Positions 9,615 through 19,028 are shown, numbered from the stretch's first letter. The stretch: 64,000 nt of DNA from Dehalococcoidia bacterium UBA5748 (GCA_002419135.1 DIFM01000038.1:1922-65921), one strand, 5' to 3'. Notes: generated by a model from the sequence alone, not told the origin. Numbers and translations: made by a program.

Positions 9615-10913
9615 TCAAATCCTCCTTTTATCCACGACGCGCTTTGACTTGCCTTCCGAGCGCGGCAGGGAACGGGGCGGGACAAGCTTAACATCAGCCT
9701 GGATTCCTACTACGGATTTAATCTGAGAAGCTATAGAGTTTTCCAGAGCTTGAATCTGGCTTATGGTATCAGAGAACATATCCTCGGTCAATTCTACATG
9801 TACTTCCAGATTATCCAATGAAGCCCGGCGGTCGACAATAATGAGATAGTGGGGCGTTATACCGCTAACCAGCGCCAGAACGGACTCAATCTGTCCTGGG
9901 TAAACATTTAACCCCCTGACCACCAGCATATCATCGGTACGCCCCGCCAGACGGCTCATTCTCAGTGTGGTACGCCCGCAGGGGCATGGTTCGTTATTCA
10001 GAGCGCAGATGTCACGGGTGCGATAGCGCAGCATTGGCTGCCCTGTTTTAGTAATGGTAGTCATCACCAATTCGCCTGTTTCGCCGTAGGGCAAAGACTT
10101 CCCCGTTTCAGGATTCACCACCTCTGCGATGATATGGTCTTCGTTTATATGCAATCCTTTTTTAACCTGACATTCAAAAGAAACCCCCGGACCTGCAATT
10201 TCGGATAAACCGTAAATATCCAGAGCATCTATCCCGAATAATCCCTCCAGTTCTGCCCGCATCTTCTCACTCCAGGGCTCGCCTCCGAAGCAACCGCCCC
10301 TCAATTTTAACTGCGACAGTATACCCATATCCCGCGCCGTTTCTCCCAGATAGATAGCATAAGACGGAGTGCAACACAAAATGGTCGTTCCCAGCTCTTT
10401 CATCATAATTATCTGCCTCTGGGTATTACCGCTTGACATCGGAATTACCATGGCACCTAACCGCGACGCTGCCTGATGCAAGCCCAGTCCGCCGGTAAAC
10501 AGTCCGTATCCGTATGCAACCTGAACAACGCTGTTTGTATCACACCCTGCCGCAGCCAAAGCGCGTGCCGCCATCTCCGTCCAAACCTCTATATCGTTTT
10601 CCGTATAGCCGGTGACTATGGGATTACCGGATGTGCCGGAAGAGCCTTGAATGCGCACTATTTGTTGTTGCGGAACCGCCAGCAAACCGAAGGGGAATCC
10701 GTCGCGAAGGTCATTCTTTTCCATAAACGGAAGCAGGTGCAAATCGTCGATGCCGCCGATATCCTCCGGCTTGACACCGGCTTTATCCATGCGCTCTCGA
10801 TAAAACGCCACATTGTCAGATTCGTGCTTTACAATTGCCCGCAATCTTTCCGACTGCAGTTTTTTTCGCTCATTCCTGCTGATACTTTCCATAGCAGGAT
10901 TCAAGATGCTCAT
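9615..10913 (-). CDS. paaK: phenylacetate--CoA ligase family (PaaK / F390 synthetase-like)
   Basis: 432 aa. AMP-binding signature GSSGTSGNPIV and overall PaaK-like sequence. The usual ACT-domain partner lies immediately downstream. Confidence 0.9.
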   Translation of the reverse strand: MSILNPAMESISRNERKKLQSERLRAIVKHESDNVAFYRERMDKAGVKPEDIGGIDDLHLLPFMEKNDLRDGFPFGLLAVPQQQIVRIQGSSGTSGNPIVTGYTENDIEVWTEMAARALAAAGCDTNSVVQVAYGYGLFTGGLGLHQAASRLGAMVIPMSSGNTQRQIIMMKELGTTILCCTPSYAIYLGETARDMGILSQLKLRGGCFGGEPWSEKMRAELEGLFGIDALDIYGLSEIAGPGVSFECQVKKGLHINEDHIIAEVVNPETGKSLPYGETGELVMTTITKTGQPMLRYRTRDICALNNEPCPCGRTTLRMSRLAGRTDDMLVVRGLNVYPGQIESVLALVSGITPHYLIIVDRRASLDNLEVHVELTEDMFSDTISQIQALENSIASQIKSVVGIQADVKLVPPRSLPRSEGKSKRVVDKRRI

Positions 10914-11214
10914 AGGCTTACCTCATAATAAAATAATACGGTTCCGCATTGAAAAACGGAACCGCAAAAATTCGTTTTTCGACAAAAAGACAGGATTATT
11001 ATAAAACAAACATAGACTTTAATAAAATTCCCTCGACCTCACGGTCGGGGTATTGAGTTCGGTAAGATAAAAAGCCTGCCATAATACCGCTGAGTGCGTA
11101 TAAATATTTTTGGATTACGGAAACAGAAAGGCAATAAAGGGGTATATGTAAATGAATTATTGAAGACTGTTAGTATCTGCAAACAAAGCGACTGATTATA
11201 AAGCGGAGATCCAA

Positions 11215-11291
11215 TGGTGGGCCACTCTGGATTCGAACCAGAGACCCCAGTCTTATCAGGACTGTGCTCTAACCAACTGAGCTAGTGGCCC
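11215..11291 (-). tRNA. tRNA-Ile (anticodon GAT), CCA encoded
   Basis: Hand-folded cloverleaf. Acceptor GGGCCAC/GTGGCCC, D stem GCTC/GAGC, anticodon stem CAGTC/GACTG with loop CTGATAA, T stem TCTGG/CCAGA with loop TTCGAAT. Confidence 0.9.
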
Positions 11292-11494
11292 ATTTATTCT
11301 ATTACATCACCAGACTCGGACTTCAGATGCTATCCCGATTTCATCTCAATGCCTGTACCGAGCCGGTGCACCAAACGCAAGGCTTATTCTAACGCAAAAC
11401 ATCGAAATAAATCAAGTTCACATTAAAAAAAGTGAGGTAGGATGGATTTAATGGACACCAAAGTAAGGTAAAATAAAGGGATGGAGGTGTCACA

Positions 11495-11809
11495 TTGAAA
11501 GGTATTCCAAACGGCAGGTATACAAAGGAATTTCGACAGGAAGCGGTAAAACTGGTAATCGACGAAAAGTTATCTTGGACAGAAGCGGCCCGCAGGCTAT
11601 CTCTACCAACAACCACCTTGGCAAATTGGATGAAGGCTTATAAATCCGGTAAACTGGGAGATATAGGCAATACATATCGTCCATTGACTGAAGTTGAGAT
11701 GGAACTGGCTCGAGTGAAGAAAGAGAATGCTGAATTAAAGATGGAGCGGGACATATTAAAAAAAGCAGCAGCGTACTTTGCCAGGGAGTCGCTGCCCGGT
11801 GCGAGATGA
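11495..11809 (+). CDS. IS3-family transposase OrfA (HTH)
   Basis: …YTKEFRQEAVKLV…LSLPTTTLANWMKAY…, then a leucine-zipper-like ELARVKKENAELKMERDILKKAAAYFA typical of IS3 OrfA. TTG start. Confidence 0.85.
   Translation: MKGIPNGRYTKEFRQEAVKLVIDEKLSWTEAARRLSLPTTTLANWMKAYKSGKLGDIGNTYRPLTEVEMELARVKKENAELKMERDILKKAAAYFARESLPGAR
11758..11764 (+). promoter_or_regulatory. programmed -1 ribosomal frameshift heptamer (A AAA AAA)
   Basis: The A7 run is read TTA AAA AAA GCA in the orfA frame. The -1 frame is open from here through the orfB ATG at 11806, allowing an OrfAB fusion. Confidence 0.6.
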
Positions 11810-12669
11810 TGAAAGAGCTGCGACTCGAATATCCAGTCCCACTGATGAGCAGGATAATGAATGTATCCGATAGTGGTTATTATGCATGGTCGGACCGGCC
11901 TTTATCGCAGCGAGCTCAAGAAGAAATAAGGTTGGAAGTAGAAATAAAGGCAGCGCATAAACGAGCCGGAAACACCTATGGGGCTGAACGATTACAGTGT
12001 GACCTGGCAGAGCATGGTATTCAGGTAGGAATTTGCAGGATCAAACGTATAAAGAGAAAGCTGGGATTAAGGTGTAAACAGAAGCGGAAATTCAAGGTTA
12101 CTACTGATTCCAGACATAAGTTACCTGTAGCTGAAAACTTATTGCATCAAAAGTTCACGGTTTATGAACCGAACAAGGTATGGGTAAGTGATATTACGTA
12201 TGTACCTACTGACGAAGGCTGGTTGTATCTGGCAGGTCATAAGGATCTGTTTACCGGCGAGATTGTAGGATATGCCATGGGAGAACGCCTGACGAAAAAT
12301 CCGGTGAGTCAATCTTTATTCCGTGCTCTGGCAAACAAACGTCCGGAAGTGGGATTAATACATCACTCCGACCGTGGCAGTCAGTATTGTTCAAATGAAT
12401 ATAGACAGCTACTGGAACTGTATGATCTGGAAGTATCAATGAGTGGAAAAGGGAATTGTTTTGATAATGCCCCAATGGAAAGTTTCTGGGGAATACTAAA
12501 GCAGGAACTAATTCATCATCGGCATTACAAAACTCGACAAGAAGCAATCCGAGATATTACTGAGTATATTGAGATATTTTATAATCGGCAGAGAATTCAA
12601 TCAAGATTGGGATTTCTGTCACCGGTAGTATTTTCTCGAAAATATTATGCAGGATTACTGGCAGCATGA
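11806..12669 (+). CDS. IS3-family transposase OrfB (rve/DDE integrase core)
   Basis: …WVSDITYVPT…HHSDRGSQYCS…NCFDNAPMESFWGILKQE…, i.e. DDE motif context. ATGATG overlap with the orfA stop. Confidence 0.9.
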   Translation: MMKELRLEYPVPLMSRIMNVSDSGYYAWSDRPLSQRAQEEIRLEVEIKAAHKRAGNTYGAERLQCDLAEHGIQVGICRIKRIKRKLGLRCKQKRKFKVTTDSRHKLPVAENLLHQKFTVYEPNKVWVSDITYVPTDEGWLYLAGHKDLFTGEIVGYAMGERLTKNPVSQSLFRALANKRPEVGLIHHSDRGSQYCSNEYRQLLELYDLEVSMSGKGNCFDNAPMESFWGILKQELIHHRHYKTRQEAIRDITEYIEIFYNRQRIQSRLGFLSPVVFSRKYYAGLLAA

Positions 12670-12879
12670 TAGGTTTGGTGTCCATTTTTGACATCCGATA
12701 TCACTTTTCTATTTGCATAGTGTCTTCTATCTGTACAGTATCCATATTTATTATAATTCCTACCGACATTATTATAGCATCTAACTATTCATAACCCAAT
12801 TATACAAAAATCCCCTTCTCAAAACGAAAAGGGGATATTAAAGTGATTTGCGAAACAATCGATTTTCTTATAAAAGAAC

Positions 12880-12889
12880 GGGGGGGGGG
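12880..12889. repeat. G10 homopolymer tract
   Basis: Ten consecutive G in the IS-to-aminotransferase spacer. Confidence 0.9.
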
Positions 12890-12951
12890 ATTTACACTCA
12901 TCCGTCATCCCGATAAATCGGTCTGCCACCTTCCCTCAAGGGAAGGCTTTT

Positions 12952-14139
12952 TTAAGCTTTATGCCTATCCAAAAAGCGCTTTATTCTTACCAGCGCTTCT
13001 TCGATTTCCTTAAGCGAAGTAGCATAACAGCAGCGCACATATCCTTCCCCGGAAGGACCGAAAGCTGTACCGGGAACCACTGCCACCTTTTCTTCCATTA
13101 AAAGTTTCTCGGCAAATTCCTCGGATTTCATTCCGGTGCTTTTTATACTGGGGAAAGCATAGAATGCTCCCTTCGGCTCAAAGCAGGATAAACCTATGTT
13201 GCGCAGTCCCTTCACCGTAACGAGACGACGGTGATTGTAATCTTCAACCATATCGACAACATCCTGTTCTCCGGCTTTCATAGCCTCCAAAGCAGCCATC
13301 TGCGCCATAGTAGAAGCACACATTATAGTGTACTGATGGATTTTGGTCATTGCGGCAATAATTGATTTACTGGCAGCCGCATAGCCGATGCGCCAGCCTG
13401 TCATCGCAAAGGATTTCGAAAAACCGTTCAGTAAAACAGTATGTTCCTGCATACCCGGCAATGCCGCGATACAGGTATGTTTTACGCCGTAAATCAATTG
13501 AGAATATATCTCATCGACTATCATCAGGATATCATGTTTACGGGCAACTTCAGCTATTTTCCCCAGTTTTTCAAGGGGCATTACAGCACCGGTCGGATTG
13601 GCGGGATAACCCAAAAGGATTGCTTTTGTCTTTGGAGTAATTCGGGCTTCGATATCGGATGCGCTGATTTCAAAGTCATTCTCTTCATAGGTGGGAATAC
13701 TGACCGGAACACCGCCCGCCAGATGAACACAGGCAGGATAAGAAACGTAGCTGGGGTCGGGCAGAATAACCTCGTCCCCGGGGTTTAAAATGGCTCTCAT
13801 TACAAGGTCGAGCGCCTCACTGACACCGACAGTAATCAGTAATTCCGACCTCCAATCATACTCAAGGTCGAAACGTTTTTTCAGATAACGCGATAATTCC
13901 TGGCGCACCTCCGGAATCCCCGAATTGGAGGTGTACATAGTCATACCTTTTTCCATCGAATAAATAGCCGCCTCGCGGATATGCCAGGGCGTGGTGTAAT
14001 CCGGCTCACCGATTCCAAGGGAAATTACTCCCTCCATAGAATTTAAAAGGTCAAAAAACTTACGTATCCCTGAAGGAGCAATCGAGTTAACCCTGTCCGA
14101 TATCAATCTGCTGTTTTTATCATCGTAACCACTGTTCAT
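12952..14139 (-). CDS. class I/II pyridoxal-phosphate aminotransferase (AspC family)
   Basis: 395 aa. PLP-lysine motif GFSKSFAMTGWRIGYA. N-terminal …IAPSGIRKFFDL… typical of COG0436 enzymes. Confidence 0.9.
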   Translation of the reverse strand: MNSGYDDKNSRLISDRVNSIAPSGIRKFFDLLNSMEGVISLGIGEPDYTTPWHIREAAIYSMEKGMTMYTSNSGIPEVRQELSRYLKKRFDLEYDWRSELLITVGVSEALDLVMRAILNPGDEVILPDPSYVSYPACVHLAGGVPVSIPTYEENDFEISASDIEARITPKTKAILLGYPANPTGAVMPLEKLGKIAEVARKHDILMIVDEIYSQLIYGVKHTCIAALPGMQEHTVLLNGFSKSFAMTGWRIGYAAASKSIIAAMTKIHQYTIMCASTMAQMAALEAMKAGEQDVVDMVEDYNHRRLVTVKGLRNIGLSCFEPKGAFYAFPSIKSTGMKSEEFAEKLLMEEKVAVVPGTAFGPSGEGYVRCCYATSLKEIEEALVRIKRFLDRHKA

Positions 14140-14172
14140 AGCTGACCTGCCAAAATAATTATTTTATTATCA

Positions 14173-14655
14173 CTAGAGGATAACCGGCTGCCTCTTTACC
14201 TCTTCCGGTCCGTTCATTATGACCCCGTCTTCCTTATACCTCTTCATTATAAAATGCGTAGCTGCGGCGCGGACGCCCTCGATAGGAGAGAGCTTCTGAC
14301 CGACGAAATCGGCAATTTCATGCATTGATTTACCCTTAACCAGCACCGCCAAATCGTATCCGCCCGACATCAGATAAACACTGCTCGCCTGCGGAAAGCG
14401 GTAAATTTTTTCAGCTATGGCATCGTATCCGGTATCTCTCTGCGGGGATACCTGCACCTCGATTAAAGCCCAAACCTGCTCATCATTGACCTTATCCCAG
14501 TTGATTAGCGTCTTATATTTGAGTATCTTCCCTTCATCTTCCGCTTTAACAATGGCCGACACAACTTCCTCTTCCAATACCCCCAGCATGGTGGCAATCT
14601 GTTCGGGAGTGGTCCGGGAGTCTTCTTCCAGTATCTTTAAAATTTTTTTCAGCAT
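14173..14655 (-). CDS. Lrp/AsnC-family transcriptional regulator
   Basis: HTH (LKILEEDSRTTPEQIATMLGV) plus RAM-like domain (…VYLMSGGYDLAVLVKG…). The ATG at 14655 follows AAGGAG; the track start at 14724 is less likely. Confidence 0.85.
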   Translation of the reverse strand: MLKKILKILEEDSRTTPEQIATMLGVLEEEVVSAIVKAEDEGKILKYKTLINWDKVNDEQVWALIEVQVSPQRDTGYDAIAEKIYRFPQASSVYLMSGGYDLAVLVKGKSMHEIADFVGQKLSPIEGVRAAATHFIMKRYKEDGVIMNGPEEVKRQPVIL

Positions 14656-14879
14656 AGCATCGCTCCTTGGGTAAAAGTAATGTTGAACTTTATTATAGCA
14701 GAGTTTAAGCAATATGTTACACATTGAAAATCAGATTTTTTAGAAGGTTGTGATAACCGGTTTGATGATGGTGACTATAGCGTTTATCGATTTGTTAAGA
14801 GCATGGAATTAATAAAGATTGGCATATCTATGGTATAATTTTTATGTCAATTTTCATTTTATCGGAGAGGGCATATTTA

Positions 14880-15470
14880 ATGGCTGAATTCTGGCATAAC
14901 TTCGTTTTAACTTTTGTTCCGCTTTTTATTGTTATAGACGCACTGGGTACACTGCCGGTGCTGATTGCGCTTGGCGAAGACATGACTTTGAAAGAACGCC
15001 ACAAAATGATAAATGTGGCAACTATTACCGCAATTGTTGTCGGACTGGCATTCCTGTTCTTGGGGCAATTCATCCTTACTGTGATGGGCATCTCCGTAGG
15101 CGCCTTTGCCATCGCCGGCGGACTAATCCTGCTGGTACTGTCAATAAAATTGATAATTACCGGACGTATGGTGGATGTCGATAAGGAGGAAATAGTAGCG
15201 ATAGTCCCGATCGGCACTCCTTTAACGGCAGGACCGGCTACAATAGCGACGCTGTTACTGCTGGCTATGCAGTTTCCGTTATACGTCGTACTGATTTCTT
15301 TTGTCTTAAATATGCTGCTTGCATGGATAATATTCCTTTCAGGCAATAAATTAAGCCATTTTCTTGGGAAAGGCGGACTCGGCGCTATTTCCAAGGTATT
15401 CAGCCTGCTGTTGGCAGCCATTGCCGTTAGTATGATAATAAACGGTATGGAGATGCTGGAACTGGTATAA
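14880..15470 (+). CDS. MarC-family (UPF0056) integral membrane protein
   Basis: Six hydrophobic helices; N-terminus …FVPLFIVIDALGTLPV… typical of MarC. Start uncertain (14844 or 14880). Confidence 0.75.
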   Translation: MAEFWHNFVLTFVPLFIVIDALGTLPVLIALGEDMTLKERHKMINVATITAIVVGLAFLFLGQFILTVMGISVGAFAIAGGLILLVLSIKLIITGRMVDVDKEEIVAIVPIGTPLTAGPATIATLLLLAMQFPLYVVLISFVLNMLLAWIIFLSGNKLSHFLGKGGLGAISKVFSLLLAAIAVSMIINGMEMLELV

Positions 15471-15535
15471 GATAGGGCTTAATATTTCGGTATTGACTCT
15501 TAGGATTGCGATTATTAAACTGTTAAGGTCGGAAA

Positions 15536-16141
15536 ATGAAAATAATAGGTTTAACGGGCGGAATCGGAAGCGGCAAGAGCACGGTGGCAGGTTTTTTGGC
15601 AGAACTGGGCGCTGTAGTTCTGGATGCCGATAAAGTCGGGCATGAAATACTGGAAACCGATGACGAGGTGCAACAGGAAATAGTCGATAACTTTGGCAAG
15701 CAGGTGCTCGACCACAAAGGACATATCGACCGTAAAAAACTGGCAAATATCGTTTTTAAAGACCGTGAGTCGCTGATAAAACTCAACCTGATTACCCACC
15801 CCCCTATTTACCGCCGCGCACAGGTTATCCTGAAGGGTTATCAAGCCGATGGCGTGGAAATAGTGGTAATTGATGCTCCGCTGCTAATCGAAGCCGGCTG
15901 GGCAACCAGAGTTGATGAGACCTGGCTAACTGTAGCACCGAAAGAAGTGATTATAGAACGACTCGAAAAGAGGGGTATGAAAAGAGAGGATATAGAATCC
16001 CGCATGAGGCTTCAGATATTGCCCGAGGATAGAGTGAAAGCGGCAAATATAATCATCGATACGGATGTGCCGCTTGATGACTTGAAGAAAGCGATAGCTG
16101 ATTTGTGGGATAAGGCTATAGTTGACACCAATCGTCGCTAG
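15536..16141 (+). CDS. coaE: dephospho-CoA kinase
   Basis: MKIIGLTGGIGSGKST P-loop start and about 200 aa length typical of CoaE. Confidence 0.9.
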   Translation: MKIIGLTGGIGSGKSTVAGFLAELGAVVLDADKVGHEILETDDEVQQEIVDNFGKQVLDHKGHIDRKKLANIVFKDRESLIKLNLITHPPIYRRAQVILKGYQADGVEIVVIDAPLLIEAGWATRVDETWLTVAPKEVIIERLEKRGMKREDIESRMRLQILPEDRVKAANIIIDTDVPLDDLKKAIADLWDKAIVDTNRR

Positions 16142-16181
16142 CTGATAGAATAAAGTGTTTTATTGATGGAGGTTTACTGAG

Positions 16182-16517
16182 ATTTACGCAATAATTGAAA
16201 CCGGTGGAAAACAGTATAAAGTTGCTCCCGGCAAAAGCATAAAGGTAGAGCGTCTGGCTGCTGCCGAAGGCGATACTGTCGAACTGGATAAGGTGTTACT
16301 GATTGCTGGTGAGCAGCAACAAATAGTCGGCAAACCCATTATAGAGGGAGCAAAAGTGGTTGCCAAAGTGAAAGGTCAAGGCAAAGATAAAAAAATCATT
16401 GTCTTCAAATACAAGAACAAGACGAGAAGCAGTAAAAAGACAGGTCATCGTCAGATGTATACCGAGCTGTCTATCGATGAAATTGTTCAACCGGAGGGTG
16501 TCTTAAATGGCTCATAA
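16182..16517 (+). CDS. rplU: 50S ribosomal protein L21 (apparent ATT start)
   Basis: The conserved L21 N-terminus [13 protein letters not shown] is encoded from 16185. The in-frame TGA at 16164 leaves only TGG AGG TTT ACT GAG ATT upstream. GGAGG lies at 16168-16172, 9 nt before ATT 16182. The track ORF (16293) would delete the conserved N-terminus. Confidence 0.85.
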   Translation: MYAIIETGGKQYKVAPGKSIKVERLAAAEGDTVELDKVLLIAGEQQQIVGKPIIEGAKVVAKVKGQGKDKKIIVFKYKNKTRSSKKTGHRQMYTELSIDEIVQPEGVLNGS

Positions 16518-16761
16518 GAAGGGCGGAGGCTCTACACATAACGGTCGCGACAGCAAACCCAAAATGCTGGGCGTGAAAAGATATGCAGACGAAAAAGTAA
16601 ATGCCGGTACGATTCTTGTCAGGCAAAGAGGTACTCGTATCAAACCGGGAAATAATGTCGGGGTCGGCAGAGATTATACTATTTATGCTCTTATAGACGG
16701 AGTTGTTAAATACGAACCGACGACCAATAACAGAAGGAAGGTCAGCGTTTACGCTGGTTAG
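16507..16761 (+). CDS. rpmA: 50S ribosomal protein L27
   Basis: [25 protein letters not shown]… is canonical L27. Confidence 0.95.
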   Translation: MAHKKGGGSTHNGRDSKPKMLGVKRYADEKVNAGTILVRQRGTRIKPGNNVGVGRDYTIYALIDGVVKYEPTTNNRRKVSVYAG

Positions 16762-16767
16762 ATAATT

Positions 16768-16971
16768 ATGAAGGAAAAAATTCATCCCGTTTACCATTCA
16801 GATGCCAAGGTTACATGTTCCTGCGGCAATGTATTTACTCTCGGTTCGACCAAGAAAGAAATGAAGGTCGAGCTTTGCAGCCAATGCCATCCGTTCTTTA
16901 CGGGTGAGCGCAGAATCATCGATACCGCCGGACGTGTCGAACGCTTCAATCAGCGTTACAACAGAAAATAG
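16768..16971 (+). CDS. rpmE: 50S ribosomal protein L31 (Zn-binding type)
   Basis: MKEKIHP…CSCGN…[10 protein letters not shown] is canonical L31. Confidence 0.95.
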   Translation: MKEKIHPVYHSDAKVTCSCGNVFTLGSTKKEMKVELCSQCHPFFTGERRIIDTAGRVERFNQRYNRK

Positions 16972-17004
16972 TAACCGGTAGTACAAAAAAGCACAAAAGA
17001 AAGA

Positions 17005-17031
17005 GGCGGACCGAACAGTCCGCCCTTTTTT
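17005..17031 (+). terminator. rho-independent terminator of the rplU-rpmA-rpmE operon
   Basis: Stem ggcggac / gtccgcc with 6-nt loop, followed by T6. Confidence 0.8.
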
Positions 17032-17235
17032 ATTAGATGCCAGATTCAAGCTAGACCAATACACTGTATTCTATTGTTTGTAACATTTCATTATTGAGTA
17101 TTTACCAGATTTTACAGAGAAATGTCTTGACATCTTGCGCATACCATATTAGATTATTCATAAATATAAGAAAATGATCTGTACTGATAAATTTTTCCCA
17201 AAATAACATAGGTTGCCTATCAAAAGGAGAATTTT

Positions 17236-18372
17236 ATGACTGACGATTCTATCTATTTATTAAAAGATTCCGGGAATTTAGAGAAAGTTTTTAATCGAAC
17301 ATATGATAGCGAAGATCTATTACAGGAATTGATCGAAAAATATCCAGAATTACTAGCCGGGGAACAGATTAATCCGGATGAACCTGTACGTTGGTTACTT
17401 ATTAAGCGCGAAGCCGGTATACCTGATGGAGATAATCTATCTGACAGGTGGTCGGTTGATCATCTTCTTCTAGATCAGAATGGGGTACCAACCTTCGTTG
17501 AAACCAAACGTAGTTCAGATACGCGAATAAGAAGAGAAGTTGTCGGTCAAATGTTAGACTATGCCGCAAATTCACAAAAATACTGGCCAGTTAATCGTAT
17601 TAGAGATTTTGCTTCATTACAATACAGTTTCTCAGATGGTGCTGACACGGCAATTCTGAAGTTAATTGGGAGAGATGGTGAACAGGATACTTCAGATATT
17701 GTTGAATCATTCTGGACAAAAGTAGAAGACAATCTTCGGAATGGTAAAATACGGTTATTTTTTGTGGCCGATCAACTTCCAGGAGAACTAAAAAGAATAA
17801 TTGAGTTCTTAAACGAACAGATGAATAATGTTGAGGTCTTGGGTGTTGAATTACCTCAATTTGTAGGTTCTGATTTTCGTGCTCTGGTTCCTAGACTGAT
17901 TGGACAAACAGAAATAATCAGGCAAACAAAGCAAAAAGCGAGAAGCAGCTCTAGAAAAACAAATCCAGAAGAGTTTCTTTTAAAGATTCCGGAATATTTA
18001 AGGCCTTTTTTAATAGAGTTGATATCTGAAGCAGAAAGGCAGGGAATGCAGATTTCCTGGGGAATCCAAGGATTTGGCCTTAGATTAGAAACCAATAATG
18101 GACATTTAATATCGTTATTTTATGGTTGGCCTGGGAATTCAGAAGGAGAGAATCCGCATATACAGGGATATGTAGGAAGTATTGAGGATGAAGATCTACG
18201 AAATGAGATAAAACAGAAATTTCTTTCTGTAGAAGGCACGATTCTTGCTGGCAAATACACTTTAGATCTTGATCTTGTCAATAATGATATTGAAAATGCT
18301 AAAAAACTGGTAGAAGTTTTGTGGAGTATAATTAAAGATCCGAGATTGAAAGGCCTTAAAATAAATTCATAA
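17236..18372 (+). CDS. NucS/RecB-like PD-(D/E)XK nuclease-domain protein with unknown C-terminal half
   Basis: …SEDLLQELIEKYPELL…WSVDHLLLDQNGVPTFVETKRSSDTRIRREVVGQMLDYA… gives a D…E-x-K core followed by a QxxxY helix. AT-rich gene (line 17281-17340 has 18/60 G+C). Confidence 0.5.
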   Translation: MTDDSIYLLKDSGNLEKVFNRTYDSEDLLQELIEKYPELLAGEQINPDEPVRWLLIKREAGIPDGDNLSDRWSVDHLLLDQNGVPTFVETKRSSDTRIRREVVGQMLDYAANSQKYWPVNRIRDFASLQYSFSDGADTAILKLIGRDGEQDTSDIVESFWTKVEDNLRNGKIRLFFVADQLPGELKRIIEFLNEQMNNVEVLGVELPQFVGSDFRALVPRLIGQTEIIRQTKQKARSSSRKTNPEEFLLKIPEYLRPFLIELISEAERQGMQISWGIQGFGLRLETNNGHLISLFYGWPGNSEGENPHIQGYVGSIEDEDLRNEIKQKFLSVEGTILAGKYTLDLDLVNNDIENAKKLVEVLWSIIKDPRLKGLKINS

Positions 18373-18414
18373 TAATAGTTTAGGCATAGCTAATAGTTAA
18401 GCTTTACGGGCGTT

Positions 18415-18452
18415 AAAGAAATTCCCCCGGCTAGGCCGGGGGATATTTCTTT
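18415..18452. terminator. bidirectional hairpin between convergent genes
   Basis: Stem cccccggc / gccggggg (18424-18431 / 18435-18442) with loop tag, extended by an imperfect A/T-rich stem. Confidence 0.55.
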
Positions 18453-18532
18453 AAGTGTATTCATCTGTGCAGTTCGACCAGGATAACAACCCTGCCTTAA
18501 CGGTTACCCCGACCGTTATTGATAATCAACCG

Positions 18533-18856
18533 CTAAAAATCGGTTTCTATTTTAGTAAAGAAGCATGTTTTTGCACCGGTGTGGCATACCGGACCCATAG
18601 GTTTGGCTTTTACCAATACGGTATCGTTATCGCAGTCTATCCACATCTCTATTACCATAAGTTTGTTGCCGGAAGTGGCTCCCTTATTCCAGAGTTCCTG
18701 GCGGCTGCGGCTGTAAAACCAGACTTCGCCCTTAGTGCGAGTCAGTTCCAGGGATTTCGGATTCATATAACCGAGCATTAACACTTCACCGGTGTCGGCG
18801 TCCTGTATAACTGCCGGAAGCAGCCCCTGAGAATCGAGTTTAAGATTTTCTACCAA
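18533..18856 (-). CDS. hisI: phosphoribosyl-AMP cyclohydrolase
   Basis: …LLPAVIQDADTGEVLMLGYMN…WFYSRSRQELWNKG…CDNDTVLVKAKPMGPVCHTG…CFF. TTG start behind AAGGAG. Confidence 0.9.
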   Translation of the reverse strand: MVENLKLDSQGLLPAVIQDADTGEVLMLGYMNPKSLELTRTKGEVWFYSRSRQELWNKGATSGNKLMVIEMWIDCDNDTVLVKAKPMGPVCHTGAKTCFFTKIETDF

Positions 18857-19028
18857 AATATTATTTCTCCTTCTATATTTAATTTCTTTTATTTAAACCT
18901 GTTGTTATTGATATCCGCCCCAAGACTTTTTCCGATATAGAGCGACTCGGGGTAAGCACAAACATATTTTAAAAACCGTTCGTGGTCTTGCCCCAGTTTA
19001 ACGCGGGACGAGCCCACACTTAGCCGAT

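Larger units (their letters stand above)
11433..12703 (+). mobile_element. IS3-family insertion sequence (about 1.27 kb)
   Basis: 30-bp imperfect terminal inverted repeats with TGA…TCA ends. IRL 11433-11462 tgaggtaggatggatttaatggacaccaaa; IRR 12674-12703 is its reverse complement at 22/30 positions. orfA/orfB layout with a -1 frame offset. No target-site duplication recognised. Confidence 0.7.

Noticed and set aside
10939-11055. Two hairpins between tRNA-Ile and paaK as a regulatory attenuator
   Set aside because: On the minus strand both are followed by T/A-rich runs and most simply terminate the tRNA transcript. There is no evidence for alternative pairing.
11426-12710. Target-site duplication flanking the IS3-family element
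   Set aside because: The flanks (aaaaaag / cttttct) are not direct repeats. I could not support a duplication, so none is reported.
16293-16517. Track ORF start (16293) for L21
   Set aside because: It would delete the conserved N-terminal [13 protein letters not shown], which is clearly encoded in frame from 16185. ATT 16182 with GGAGG is the better model.
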